Shown here: positions 19,324 to 28,606 of the stretch, in pieces
How the letters are laid out: the number at the start of each line of letters is the position of its first letter
How positions within the stretch are numbered: the first letter of the stretch is position 1
NCBI GenBank assembly: GCA_963743305.1
Contig: CAVUPH010000011.1
Coordinates: 1-47,438 of the forward strand
Length of the DNA: 47,438 bases
Origin: an uncultured delta proteobacterium
GTDB lineage: Bacteria > Desulfobacterota > RBG-13-43-22
Direction of reading: 5' to 3'
The notes under the pieces: model-generated
The model's input: the letters and a program-made list of their open reading frames with translations, nothing else
Told to the model about the DNA's origin: nothing
Database searches by the model: none
Translations under genes and position numbers: made by a program

Positions 19324-19857
19324 TTATCCGGGTTCGAATCCGGGCCCCCGGAAGGAGTCCAACCGGGCGCTGGTAACGGACCATTCCCCTTTGGTTTTTT
19401 TAAATTCCAGCTTCAAGCGGTACAGGTCCGCATTTTCGCCGACCTTGGCCAGCCAGGCCGGCGGGTCCGAATAGAGTGCTTCGAGGCCGGGATAGGATAG
19501 GTCTTTTTTGACGATCATGAAATAAACGGTGCCCAAGGCGGATTGTTTCGCTGGGTCCAGGTCGATGCCCGGCCGGGGATACAGCACCCGGAGCGGGCCG
19601 TAATGCCGGAAGGCCATCTAAAGTATTCCCTTCGTCTCCTGACGGTCGTGGGGTCCCGGGAAGGCCACAAAATCCCCGGAGGTCAGGGCCAGGAGTCCCT
19701 GGATGTCATGCTTTTCCGCCAGGGCGCTCCCTTTTTTGATCAAGGCCTGGATCGTTACCACGTCATCTTCCCGGGAACAGGAGGAAGAGATTAGCAGCAG
19801 GATAAGAAGCAGGGCTTTCGTTCCGGCAACCAAGCGTTTCAACATGATTTCAATCAC
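19324..19857 (-). pseudogene. NTF2/SnoaL-like lipoprotein copy D with internal TAG
   Basis: In-frame TAG at 19618-19620 where copies A and C have TCG and copy B has TGG. Confidence 0.75.
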
Positions 19858-19952
19858 AGACGATCTCCATCCATATTGTAGCGCTTCGGTGTCAACCGGT
19901 CAGCGACCGGGATCCGTTCAGTTCTTGACCAGGTTAAATGATCCATCAGGCA

Positions 19953-20300
19953 CTAACCCCAAAAACAATGGTTTTCATCCAGGTCTACCAGGGAAAGGAA
20001 TTCTTCGACAGAGCGGACCCCCGGGCAGGGGGGGTAGCGATGCCATTTTTGATCGGCCCTGTGCCAGAAGACCCCCCAGACTTTATTGGTCTTTACAAAG
20101 GTGGCCTTGGCCACCGGACTTTCCATATATCGGTTCGGATCATTCCAGGCCGGGCGGATCTCGAACAGGAGCAGGCTTGGCCCTTCGAGGCGGAAACCCA
20201 GGTCCAGTTGTCGGCGCAGGTCGGGGGGCGGTCGGCGTTTCTCCAGGAAGGCGTTGACTAATTTTTCAATGCGCCGCTTCTCAAATTCACTGAATTCCAT
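19953..20300 (-). CDS. DUF3024-family protein, copy 3
   Basis: One amino acid difference (Q/H) from 13390-13737. Confidence 0.8.
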   Translation of the reverse strand: MEFSEFEKRRIEKLVNAFLEKRRPPPDLRRQLDLGFRLEGPSLLLFEIRPAWNDPNRYMESPVAKATFVKTNKVWGVFWHRADQKWHRYPPCPGVRSVEEFLSLVDLDENHCFWG

Positions 20301-20320
20301 TTACCAAGCCCTCCATATTT

Positions 20321-20467
20321 TCAGGATCCGACGTTGAAAGGCAGCCGGTTTCCCTGACCACGCTCCAGCTTGCGCGCCGCCCGCCCGGCAAAATTAGCGG
20401 GGAACCGTTTCGACCTACCCGTGACGTACAGCTCTTGGGTGCGCCTGTCCGCGAGCGTCTTGATCAC
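20321..20467 (-). pseudogene. higB: HigB N-terminal fragment, duplicate
   Basis: Same 48-aa reading frame as 13758-13904. Confidence 0.6.
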
Positions 20468-20600
20468 GGCTTAGGATTAACGAGTCATTTGACGCTTGTC
20501 AAATGGTAATTCAGTAGATTTCCATATTTCCGTTCCCCCTTTATCCAGGAACCGCAGATATTATTGGCATAGGGAATATTATTCTCTATACTTCCTTCAT

Positions 20601-20892
20601 ATGACCCGCATTTATCATAACCGTAATTGGAAAATTGAGGTATTTGGTCAGGAGCATGGCCGACCGCCAGTTCATGAGCGGTTGTGGACGGCCTGGTATG
20701 AACTGAACCGGAGGTGATCATGAATCAACAATTTATAGCTTCTGTTACGGCTGAAGCGCCGGCCCTTCTGACCATTGTCTGGGGCAGCGGTAAACAGACC
20801 AAGGTCGACCTGTCCGACTATCTCCATTCCCCCGGATATGAACGGCTGAAAAAAACAAGCTTTTTTGCCGGGGTGGCCGTGGAGGAATGGGG
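20601..20892 (+). pseudogene. DUF4160 (internal 114-bp deletion) and DUF2442 (truncated) remnants
   Basis: Copy of 14037-14442; homology stops after GAGGAATGGG where the IS66 remnant begins. Confidence 0.8.
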
Positions 20893-21136
20893 AACAGTCT
20901 CTTCGCCATCTGGTGATCTTCCGCAAAATTTGTTTTGGAACCCGCTCTGAGGTGGATTAAAAACCCACAGCATCCTTTCCAGTTTGGTCCAAACCGCCAG
21001 AAGGCAGGGCGTCACTCCTAGGGAGTTCTTCCAAACGCTCCTCACCGCGGACACGGCCGCGGCTCAGGCAGCCCTGTACTGCAATTCGAGTTGACCCCTC
21101 CAAAGCCACCGGATAAAATAGGGACTAAACTGTTAC
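20892..21136 (+). mobile_element. IS66-family remnant: transposase C-terminus and right end
   Basis: Reads EQSLRHLVIFRKICFGTRS/..KTHSILSSLVQTARRQGVTPREFF; ends ..CTAAACTGTTAC (GTAA-type terminus). Confidence 0.7.
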
Positions 21137-21161
21137 ACGACGGCCAAACGCCATGTTAATA

Positions 21162-21896
21162 TCATCTATCTTCTTTTATCTTGGGAGGGAGTTCCGGTGG
21201 CTGAGAAATTACCTGAGTCCCTTCCGGGGGGATGAATTCAAACCAGGAGCCGGCCAAAGACACCCCGGTCTTTATCCCGCTTAAGTAAAATAGCAGCATC
21301 TCGCCCATCGGGTAAGAGATAGAAAATCGGATTGGGAGAAAAGTCGTTTTGGAAACGTGGACCTGGATCAGATGGAAGTCCAGTTGGGGAGTCTTGGGCT
21401 TTAGAACAATCTGATAATAAGGGGCTTCTTCTGAAAGATTTTTGTCCAAATGAACCGAAAAATTTTTATCCAAGCTTCTTAATCCGGAAAGGAAATCCAG
21501 GACAGGCTTGATCTGTAGGTAATAATCCTTTTGGCGATAAAAATTGACCAGCTTTTCCTGCGGTAGATACCACCAGACTTTGTCTCCGTTGCAAACCAGT
21601 TGTTCCGCCCTTGGTTTTTTCTGGTCCAACCGCAGCTTGTTGGGAGGGCGGAAATAGAGCACCCCCTCTGCCCGAGAAATATCATGGGGCAGCTTGGTGG
21701 CTATTTTAGTCTCTATTGTTCGGATATAATTGGCCTGAAAGGTTTTCGAGGAGGAAAGACGGTCTCTTAATTGAGAGAGGATATGACTTAACTCTTCTTC
21801 ATCTTGAGCCCAAACTTTTCCAGAGGGCCAACAAAGAGGTTTGCCCAAAAGCAATAATAGAATAATCCCCCAAGTAATACTTTTGATCTGGTTCAT
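21162..21896 (-). CDS. lolA: Outer-membrane lipoprotein carrier LolA family protein
   Basis: TFQANY..AEGVLYFRPPNKLRL..QLVCNGDKVWWYLP..FEFIPPEG. Confidence 0.85.
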   Translation of the reverse strand: MNQIKSITWGIILLLLLGKPLCWPSGKVWAQDEEELSHILSQLRDRLSSSKTFQANYIRTIETKIATKLPHDISRAEGVLYFRPPNKLRLDQKKPRAEQLVCNGDKVWWYLPQEKLVNFYRQKDYYLQIKPVLDFLSGLRSLDKNFSVHLDKNLSEEAPYYQIVLKPKTPQLDFHLIQVHVSKTTFLPIRFSISYPMGEMLLFYLSGIKTGVSLAGSWFEFIPPEGTQVISQPPELPPKIKEDR

Positions 21897-21944
21897 CAAA
21901 AATTAATCCCCTCTTCCCAAAATTTGATATGTTCTTCTAGGTAA

Positions 21945-22440
21945 ACCCTCGGCACCGCCGGGGAACTCCAAAAGGTTAACAAAACCGGGAAAATAAGAAA
22001 ACCTCCTGAGTTTTAACCGCCTAAAGTCTACAGAGAAGGAGCCTTTCATGGAACACACAAGGAGCTTACGCCATACCCAGTGGGAATGCAAATATCATAT
22101 AGTCTGGATATCGAAATCTCGGAAGGAGAAACAATATGGTTAACAGCACTAATATCTGGAGGGGTGTTCAAAAAATTGGCTGTCAAAATGTGACGCCCCG
22201 TTACTGAAGGGTTCCTATTCCCGGATCATCTACATATTTTGACCTCAATACTCCCGAAATATGTAGTCGCCTAAGTCATGGGTTATCCCAAAGGAAAGAG
22301 TGCGATCCTCATTGCCCGAGTTTATCTGGAATTAAGAAGGAATTTTGTTGGTCAAAATTGTTTCTGCCGTGGTTAAGGAGGAATTGTCTACCCGAACTTA
22401 TATATATTAGGTATCAAAAAACGGGGATCAACATATGGAC
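21945..22440 (+). mobile_element. tnpA: Degenerate IS200/IS605 TnpA (Y1) element
   Basis: From 22048: MEHTRSLRHTQWECKYHIVWI, then PDHLHI (HUH), PKY and KGKSAI pieces broken by stops and frameshifts. Confidence 0.75.
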
Positions 22441-22734
22441 TATATCGAATCAAGATTCCGGAAGAAGATAAACCGACTACAGATAAATTAAGGTTATTAC
22501 TCAAAAGGACTTTTAAAATATGTAAGCAGAAACAATGCCACGAGGTAAAGGCTGATTAAGGACTGGATTCCATAGACCATCCTCACCCATCCGGTAGCCT
22601 GTAAGGAGTACTCTTTCTTTTGGACACGGACTATCCAGTTGGAGACATTGAGTTCCTTCCATCCAAAATGGAAAGCCGACAAGATGCTAAAATAAAATGC
22701 GGTTAAAAATGATCTCCAAAATCTTTCCCATTTA

Positions 22735-23845
22735 TTAACTGTCTCATAATAGTATTGACATAATTTCAATTAATTGCTACCATAGCATCCATGAAAAACA
22801 ACATGGATGCTCGGAAGCTGGATCATAAAACGCTGACCGAATTGAGAACGCGAAGTATAGAAAGCGTTCAAGTCGGGAACAGTCCGGAAGCCGTCGCTAT
22901 AGTAATGGGAATTAGTCGGGCGACGATCTACAACTGGATCTCTCTTTATCGTCATGGCGGTTGGCAGGCCCTGGATGCCAAAAAGCGTGGGGGCAGAAAA
23001 CCGAAGCTGGATGGTCCGGCTTTGAAATGGATCTATCAGACCGTCACCCTGAAAAATCCGATGCAATTGAAGTTCACCTTTGCCCTGTGGACGGCGAAAA
23101 TGATCGGGCAGGTGATCCACCAGCAATTTGGTATCAAACTCAGCAAAGCTTCGGTGTGCCGGTTGTTGAATCATTTAGGCTTGACCCCGCAGCGACCTGT
23201 TTGGAGGGCCTACCAGCAAAAACCGGAGGAAGTTCAGCGGTGGCTGAACGAGGAATACCCCCGGATTAAGCAAATGGCCAAGCGGGAGAAGGCGATTATC
23301 TTCTTTGGGGACGAGGCGGGAATACGTTCCGACCATCATGCCGGCACGACCTGGGCTCAGAAAGGGAAAACCCCGATCGTCACCAGCACCGGTGCCCGTT
23401 TCGGTTTGAACATGATTTCGGCGGTTAGCGCTCAAGGGGAATTCCGCTTTATGGTGGTCAAGGGACGTGTGAAAGCGGCCCCGTTTATTGAGTTCATCAA
23501 GCGCTTGCTGCATGGAGTGCAGCAGCGTGTTTTCCTGATTGTGGATGGGCATCCCGTTCATAAAGCCAAAATGGTATCCCGTTTCATTGAAACGGTCAAG
23601 GATCGTTTCCAGATGTTTCTGCTACCGCCGTATTCTCCGGAATTAAATCCGGATGAACGGGTATGGAATGATTTGAAAAACAATTCGATCGGACAACAAG
23701 TGATAACCAATCCACAACAACTTCATCGCGCCGTGATCAGTCATTTGCGATTTATTCAAAAATCTCCCCAGCGCATTCGGTCCTATTATCATTGTGAAAC
23801 AACAAAATATGCCGCATAATGTCCATACTATTATGAGACGGTTAA
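22735..23845 (+). mobile_element. IS630-family insertion sequence, apparently intact
   Basis: Inverted repeats TTAACTGTCTCATAATAGTATTGACAT / ATGTCCATACTATTATGAGACGGTTAA; TA duplication at 22733-34 and 23846-47. Confidence 0.92.
22791..23819 (+). CDS. IS630 transposase
   Basis: HTH followed by DDE motifs FFGDEAG, LIVDG..HK and LPPYSPELNPDE. Confidence 0.95.
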   Translation: MKNNMDARKLDHKTLTELRTRSIESVQVGNSPEAVAIVMGISRATIYNWISLYRHGGWQALDAKKRGGRKPKLDGPALKWIYQTVTLKNPMQLKFTFALWTAKMIGQVIHQQFGIKLSKASVCRLLNHLGLTPQRPVWRAYQQKPEEVQRWLNEEYPRIKQMAKREKAIIFFGDEAGIRSDHHAGTTWAQKGKTPIVTSTGARFGLNMISAVSAQGEFRFMVVKGRVKAAPFIEFIKRLLHGVQQRVFLIVDGHPVHKAKMVSRFIETVKDRFQMFLLPPYSPELNPDERVWNDLKNNSIGQQVITNPQQLHRAVISHLRFIQKSPQRIRSYYHCETTKYAA

Positions 23846-25619
23846 TAACAAGTTCTCTATTGGATTCGCCATCATCCCTTAATAAACGATTTTCCGGCCG
23901 TATTCGCCAAATACCTGCTTCCCACCTGGCCTGTTTTAGCGCCAAAAGATATCCCCAAACAAACACGAAAATTAGTCCCAAAAGCGAAATCAATGCGCCA
24001 GCAGGATTTGCACCAAAATCGGTTAATAGACCTCCGAGAAGATATTTTTCAAAGTAGTAATAGTTGGGGCCTCCTTCATTGAGATGGTGTTTTCGTAACG
24101 CAGAAGTCAACGATTTCTCTTCGTTTTTAAATCCCGCTTCTTTAAACTTTCTTCTTAATTCTACTATTGTTGAAAGGTTCTTATCAATTTTGATATTTGA
24201 TAATCCTTTCGCCCCAAGGAAGGAAGGTATATAATCTAATATTTGAGAAGGATTGACCCAATTTAGGAGGACCCCACTCAGGTCGGCACGCCAGAGGTGA
24301 GTCCGGCGCAAGTTTGTGTCCTCCAGGTTTGCTCCGTATAGGGTGGCTCCCTCCAGAAAGGTATCCTCCAGGATGGCGTCCTCCAAGCTGGCTTTCCTCA
24401 AGTTGGCCTTCCGCAGGATGGCCGCTGCAAGGTTGGCCTCGATAAGGCTGGCGCCTTCCAAGTTGGCCCCGCGCAAAATGGCAAAGCGTATGTCTGCTCC
24501 TCGCAGGTCGGCCCATCTCAGATTGGCTTCCTCAAAGTTGTTCCCTCGCAGGTGGGCACCATCCATGTCGGCGCTCTCCAGCGTGGCCCCACGAAATATA
24601 ACCCCATTCAGAGTGGCACCACGCAAGTTTACACCGGTCAAGTTAGCCCCTGTGAGGTCAACCCAGGTCAGGCTGGCTCCGGTCATATCAGCCCCGGCTA
24701 GGTCGGCATCCTTTAGATTGACAAAGCGTAGGTCAGCCTTGCGCAGGTCGGCCCCGGTCAGGTTGGCCCTTCGTTTGTCGACTTGAGCTTGATCTCGACT
24801 ATATTTATACAAGTATGTCCTCCAGCCATTAAATACCCTTAGCCACTCTGCATGGTCTTGAATTATTTTTTGAAGTTCTTCTGCCGACGGTTTCTTACCT
24901 TTAAAGGGACTATTCGTGTTGGTAACCGCTTCTTGACCGACGGTGGGGACATTAGCAATAAGTAAAGAAAGGACTATAGCGACCATAGATAATGAAATGC
25001 GAAATCTCTTGCTCAATAACGATATTCTATTTTCCATCTTAAGTCTCTATTGGGGGTCAATTTCCCGTAACTTGCTGCGAATGACAACTCCTTATAATGG
25101 TTCAGGAGGAGCAGTGGAATGTGGTCACTTGAAGATTCCCGTATAGCTACCGCAGCATAATCGGAGATGAAAATCATAATCCCTATAGTGTTGTCTGCCT
25201 TGGTAGGCACCTTCCGATAAAACGTTACGATGTCTGTGGCCCCCACCTGGTCTGTTTTAAAGCAGGACATTCACTGCATTCAATTATTTTAGTCTGGGCC
25301 AAGGCTTAAACGTTCTTTTTTCGGGATTCAATTGTTGGCGATGAAGCCTTTGAACCTTCCGAAAGTGGTCAGTATAAAGGCCACTAAGATAAGCCATGCG
25401 TTCGCACAATGAGTGAATGGTAGAGGGGGAAAACCCCGTGGAGGACAAATTGGGAACGAACGTTGGCATTCGCAACTCCCATTTGCGCCGACAAAGCGGC
25501 ATAACGAGTGAGGGATCGGGTTGAAAATTAAGAAAGGAAATTTCGTTCGACTTTATTTCGAAAAAATGGGGTTGTCAAGGATTTTTGCTGTAAATTTAAT
25601 TGAATAGGGAAGGGACAAA

Positions 25620-25792
25620 AACCCGGACAGGATTAACAGGATGCATATGATATTTTTGCCCCGGCCGGGCGCCGGGCCAAAAACCTTCCTGAAAAGTTAT
25701 TTTGGGGATTGTGCTTAGCCCGGCTTTATGGGCCGCCGGGGTAAGCCGTTGATCAAAGGTGGTGAAGGCCGGTCCTTTACGCGGACCCAGTC
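25620..25792 (-). repeat. VapC 3' tail remnant plus downstream repeat, homologous to 33661-33842
   Basis: Shared ACCCGGACAGGATTAAC.GGATG and TAAGCCGTTGATCAAAGGTGG; reads TFDQRL..AAHKAGL. Confidence 0.7.
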
Positions 25793-26116
25793 TCAAAGAC
25801 CGGGGTTTCCTTTAGCCCCTGCATTGACATAGGTCTTGACTTCCCGGTCCAGCCGCTCTCCCAGTGCTTCAGCGGTGACGTCGAGATCATATTGGGCCTG
25901 CAACCCCAGCCAGAACTCGGCGGAGGTGCCGAAAAACTTCGCCAGCCTCAAGGCCCTATCTGCAGTAATGCCCCGTTTCTCAAGAACAATTTCGTTTATT
26001 CTTCTGGCTGGGACGCCGAGATTCAAGGCGAGTCTGTTCTGGCTTAGAAGCAAGGGCTTCAGGAATTCCTCAAGGAGGACTTCGCCGGGATGTACGGAAT
26101 GTAGCTTTTTTTTCAT
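25793..26116 (-). CDS. higA: HigA family antitoxin, orphan
   Basis: VHPGEVLLEEFLKPL.LSQNRLA..RRINEIV..ITAD.ALRLAKFFGTSAEFWLGLQ. Confidence 0.92.
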   Translation of the reverse strand: MKKKLHSVHPGEVLLEEFLKPLLLSQNRLALNLGVPARRINEIVLEKRGITADRALRLAKFFGTSAEFWLGLQAQYDLDVTAEALGERLDREVKTYVNAGAKGNPGL

Positions 26117-26129
26117 GGTATTCTCCTAC

Positions 26130-26166
26130 CTAATGGTAGTCCGTTATTTCGACCTGGTAGACGTCA
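26130..26166 (-). pseudogene. higB: HigB C-terminal tail remnant
   Basis: Reads DVYQVEITDYH*, the typical HigB C-terminus, directly before the higA RBS. Confidence 0.7.
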
Positions 26167-26231
26167 CTATAAAGGAATTGGTTTTGGTCGGCATCAATTA
26201 TTCACAGCCGGGGGCGTCTGTGCTACATGAT

Positions 26232-26561
26232 CTACCCGCTTAATTTCGCACTGGCAAGTCGATTCAGGCTGACTCCGGATTCGGCGGCTTCGATCGCCAG
26301 TTTCTTGTGAACTTGGGGAGGGACACGCACCATGAATTTCCCGCTAAAGTGTTTCAGGGCGATCGGCTCCGGGACAGCTTCGCCTTCCTTTCTCATATCC
26401 TCCATAACTTCCTGAACCAGCTTGCGGATTCCTCTTAAAGCCGCCTGAGGGTCTTTGGCCAGCCAACTCAAGCTCGGAAATTCGGTGCATAGGCCTACAT
26501 ATTCATTGTCGTCGTCCGACCAGGTTACTCGATAAGTGTACCGGTTATCTTTTAGAGTCAT
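26232..26561 (-). CDS. hicB: HicB family antitoxin, orphan
   Basis: YTYRVTWS..EYVGLCTEFPSLSWLA..FSGKFMVRVPPQVHKKLAIEAAESGVSLN. Confidence 0.9.
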   Translation of the reverse strand: MTLKDNRYTYRVTWSDDDNEYVGLCTEFPSLSWLAKDPQAALRGIRKLVQEVMEDMRKEGEAVPEPIALKHFSGKFMVRVPPQVHKKLAIEAAESGVSLNRLASAKLSG

Positions 26562-26625
26562 GATCCACCTCCAATTTCTTAATGGCCAGCAACACCTGTT
26601 TTACCTGGTAAGCTTTGGCCCGGCC
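26545..26625 (-). pseudogene. HicA-like toxin C-terminal tail remnant
   Basis: Reads GRAKAYQVKQVLLAIKKLEVDHDSKR*, overlapping the hicB start. Confidence 0.7.
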
Positions 26626-26650
26626 TCCAGGGTCCCAAGACTTTCTTGGC

Positions 26651-27139
26651 TCATATATTATTAGCCCATTCGGTTATTGCTCTCTTCTTCCCCTCTGGGA
26701 AATCATTGTGCACTTGATCATACAGCCAGCGTAGGGACTTGGTTCTTAGCCTGCCCCGAAGCAGTTCCTCCGCTTCCTGTATGACCATTTTTATCAGACA
26801 AGGGCATTCATCCGTAAAAACAGACGGATCATCCACAAAAATATTTTTTTTTCGAATTTCAAGACATTGGAAAAAGAACGAAGTTCCCTCAATAGCCTCA
26901 ATAATATCCCAAAAGGAAATATCTTCAGCGCGTCTCGCCAGTTCGTACCCCCCTTTAACACCGGTAATGGATCGGACAATCCCAGCCTTTCGTAGCTTCG
27001 CGAAGACCTTAGACAGATAAGTCTCTGTAATCCCGTTTAACTCGGCTATCTGCTTAATTCCAACTGTTTTGCGTTCAGGAAGATCCACCAGGTAAAATAA
27101 TGAATGAAACGCATATTCAACCCCAATACTAAATTGCAT
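26651..27139 (-). CDS. Rrf2 family transcriptional regulator
   Basis: FSIGVEYAFHSL..YLSKVFAKLRKAGIVRS..GVKGGYELAR..FQCLEIR..CLI. Confidence 0.92.
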   Translation of the reverse strand: MQFSIGVEYAFHSLFYLVDLPERKTVGIKQIAELNGITETYLSKVFAKLRKAGIVRSITGVKGGYELARRAEDISFWDIIEAIEGTSFFFQCLEIRKKNIFVDDPSVFTDECPCLIKMVIQEAEELLRGRLRTKSLRWLYDQVHNDFPEGKKRAITEWANNI

Positions 27140-27156
27140 CTTTATCTCCATTCGTC

Positions 27157-27213
27157 TTGACTATTTTTCATATGAGCATTATAAAGACATTATGGATATT
27201 TAATATCCATAAT
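27157..27213 (+). promoter_or_regulatory. Promoter and probable Rrf2 operator
   Basis: TTGACT-N17-TATAAA; perfect 12-1-12 inverted repeat ATTATGGATATT-T-AATATCCATAAT at 27189-27213. Confidence 0.75.
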
Positions 27214-27237
27214 ACAAGAATAAAAAGGAGAATAAAC

Positions 27238-27609
27238 ATGTTCACAGACAAGTTTCGGGAAGTTATCGGTAAAGAGGGTGTGGTTTCCATAGTATCGTGT
27301 GCTGATGGGGAAGCCCATGTGGTAAACACCTGGAATAGCTACCTGGCAACACCAAATGACGGAAGGCTCCTCATTCCCGCCTGGAAAATGAGAAAAACGG
27401 AAAAGAAAACGTTGAAGAACAACAAAGTGTTGCTCACCGTCGGCAGCAAGGAAGTCGATGGTCTCATGGGCCCCGGGACAGGATTTTTTCTGGAAGGCAC
27501 GGCAAGATTCATAAACTCGGGGGATGAATTTGATATGATGAAAAACAAATTTCCATTCCTAACACGAGTACTTGAAGTCACCGTTACTTCGTTGAAACAG
27601 ACGATTTAA
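27238..27609 (+). CDS. FMN-binding pyridoxamine 5'-phosphate oxidase family protein
   Basis: EGVVSIVS..HVVNTWNSY..LTVGSKEV.G..GPGTGF; divergent from Rrf2. Confidence 0.85.
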   Translation: MFTDKFREVIGKEGVVSIVSCADGEAHVVNTWNSYLATPNDGRLLIPAWKMRKTEKKTLKNNKVLLTVGSKEVDGLMGPGTGFFLEGTARFINSGDEFDMMKNKFPFLTRVLEVTVTSLKQTI

Positions 27610-27721
27610 GTGGAGGTGTGGTGTAGGTTGGGTTGCAGGGGCGTTGTTCCCCCATGCCCTTGCCCCTCCCTCGATGAGAGAGGGGGATAAGCTGGAGCCG
27701 GCGGGTGTTTTCATTACCTTG

Positions 27722-27805
27722 CATTGGCATAGGTCATAACTTCCTGATCCGGCCGATCCCCCAACGCTTCCGCAGTAACGTCAAGATCATTTTGGGCCTG
27801 CAGAC
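27722..27805 (-). pseudogene. HigA 3' tail remnant
   Basis: Diverged copy of 25821-25903. Confidence 0.65.
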
Positions 27806-28287
27806 GAGCCGGAACTCTGACACGGGTTTGCCAGGCCGAAAGCCCGGGAAGGCGATTGCGATCAGCCTCGAATGAATGGTTAGACGCAGCTTTCTAAATC
27901 TTTCAAACTCCATGTCGATTACCCGGACGCCGGGCGTAAGTTGTAGCCGGCCTCGCTCATGGGGCAGACGACCCAGGTCTTTCCCGGTTGCAGCGCCTCC
28001 GGGTCCGGGGAAGCCCCGGGTTAGGTGGGGGGAAAGAGAAGCCTTGATTTAAAGGCCAGGCACCGACGACCCTTATCCAGGATCAGGTCGATTACTTCAG
28101 GTGTTTCTTCATCCGCCGTGGATTTCCCGTGAGGATGATCGGCGTTTCCCCCCCCCGGCCGAAAAAGCCCTAAAGTTTCGACATAGGAAGCCGAATACTT
28201 TATAGTAATCTATAGGGTCTGTCTTTTGAACACCTGCCGTTAACGTAACAGCATGGCGTTGGACAGGGCTGAGAATAGGAGAACGGG

Positions 28288-28527
28288 ATGGCCGATTGTG
28301 AGCTGCTTGCCGAATGTGCCTTCTTCATAAAGTACGGGGAAACCCATACCGCCGCCTGCGAGGGTGTGGTGGCCCTGTACTGCCGTGGTGATCTCCAAAG
28401 CGAATGTAAACGGAAAGAACACCTGTTGCGGCGCCAGGAACAGCCGCCGGTCAATATGATGCCGGGGGGTTCCATACTGAATCTCGAGGCCCAGGTATTT
28501 TCCCAGGGGGCTGCCCTGAAGAAATAA
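28288..28527 (+). CDS. Small Cys-rich hypothetical protein
   Basis: RBS AGGAGA; CELLAECAFF..C..LYCRG..CKR..PVNMMP. Confidence 0.65.
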   Translation: MADCELLAECAFFIKYGETHTAACEGVVALYCRGDLQSECKRKEHLLRRQEQPPVNMMPGGSILNLEAQVFSQGAALKK

Positions 28528-28606
28528 GATGGGCCCGGGAGCATCCGCTTAAACAGTAGTCTGCAGCTAACCTGCCATGAACGAGATCAATGCCGAAGAG
28601 GAGCAA

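Larger units (their letters stand above)
22497..25037 (-). pseudogene. Pentapeptide-repeat membrane protein interrupted by IS630
   Basis: Signal peptide, long A(N/D)LxG repeats, TM helix. Removing the IS and one TA rejoins ..NRELV-KWERFWRSFLTAFYFSILSAFHFGW.. in frame. Confidence 0.85.

Noticed and set aside
19618-19620. In-frame TAG as possible pyrrolysine or readthrough
   Set aside because: One substitution from TCG/TGG in sister copies of a decaying repeat; no pyl genes in the window.
12943-21136. Integron cassette array or CRISPR
   Set aside because: No integrase, attC-like sites, short regularly spaced repeats or cas genes; cargo lies on both strands.
23643-23845. C-terminus of the 464-aa pentapeptide ORF as given in the track
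   Set aside because: It is readthrough into the IS630 antisense strand; the real C-terminus lies at 22497-22732.
25013-25502. Two short minus-strand ORFs
   Set aside because: No recognisable motifs or clear RBS.
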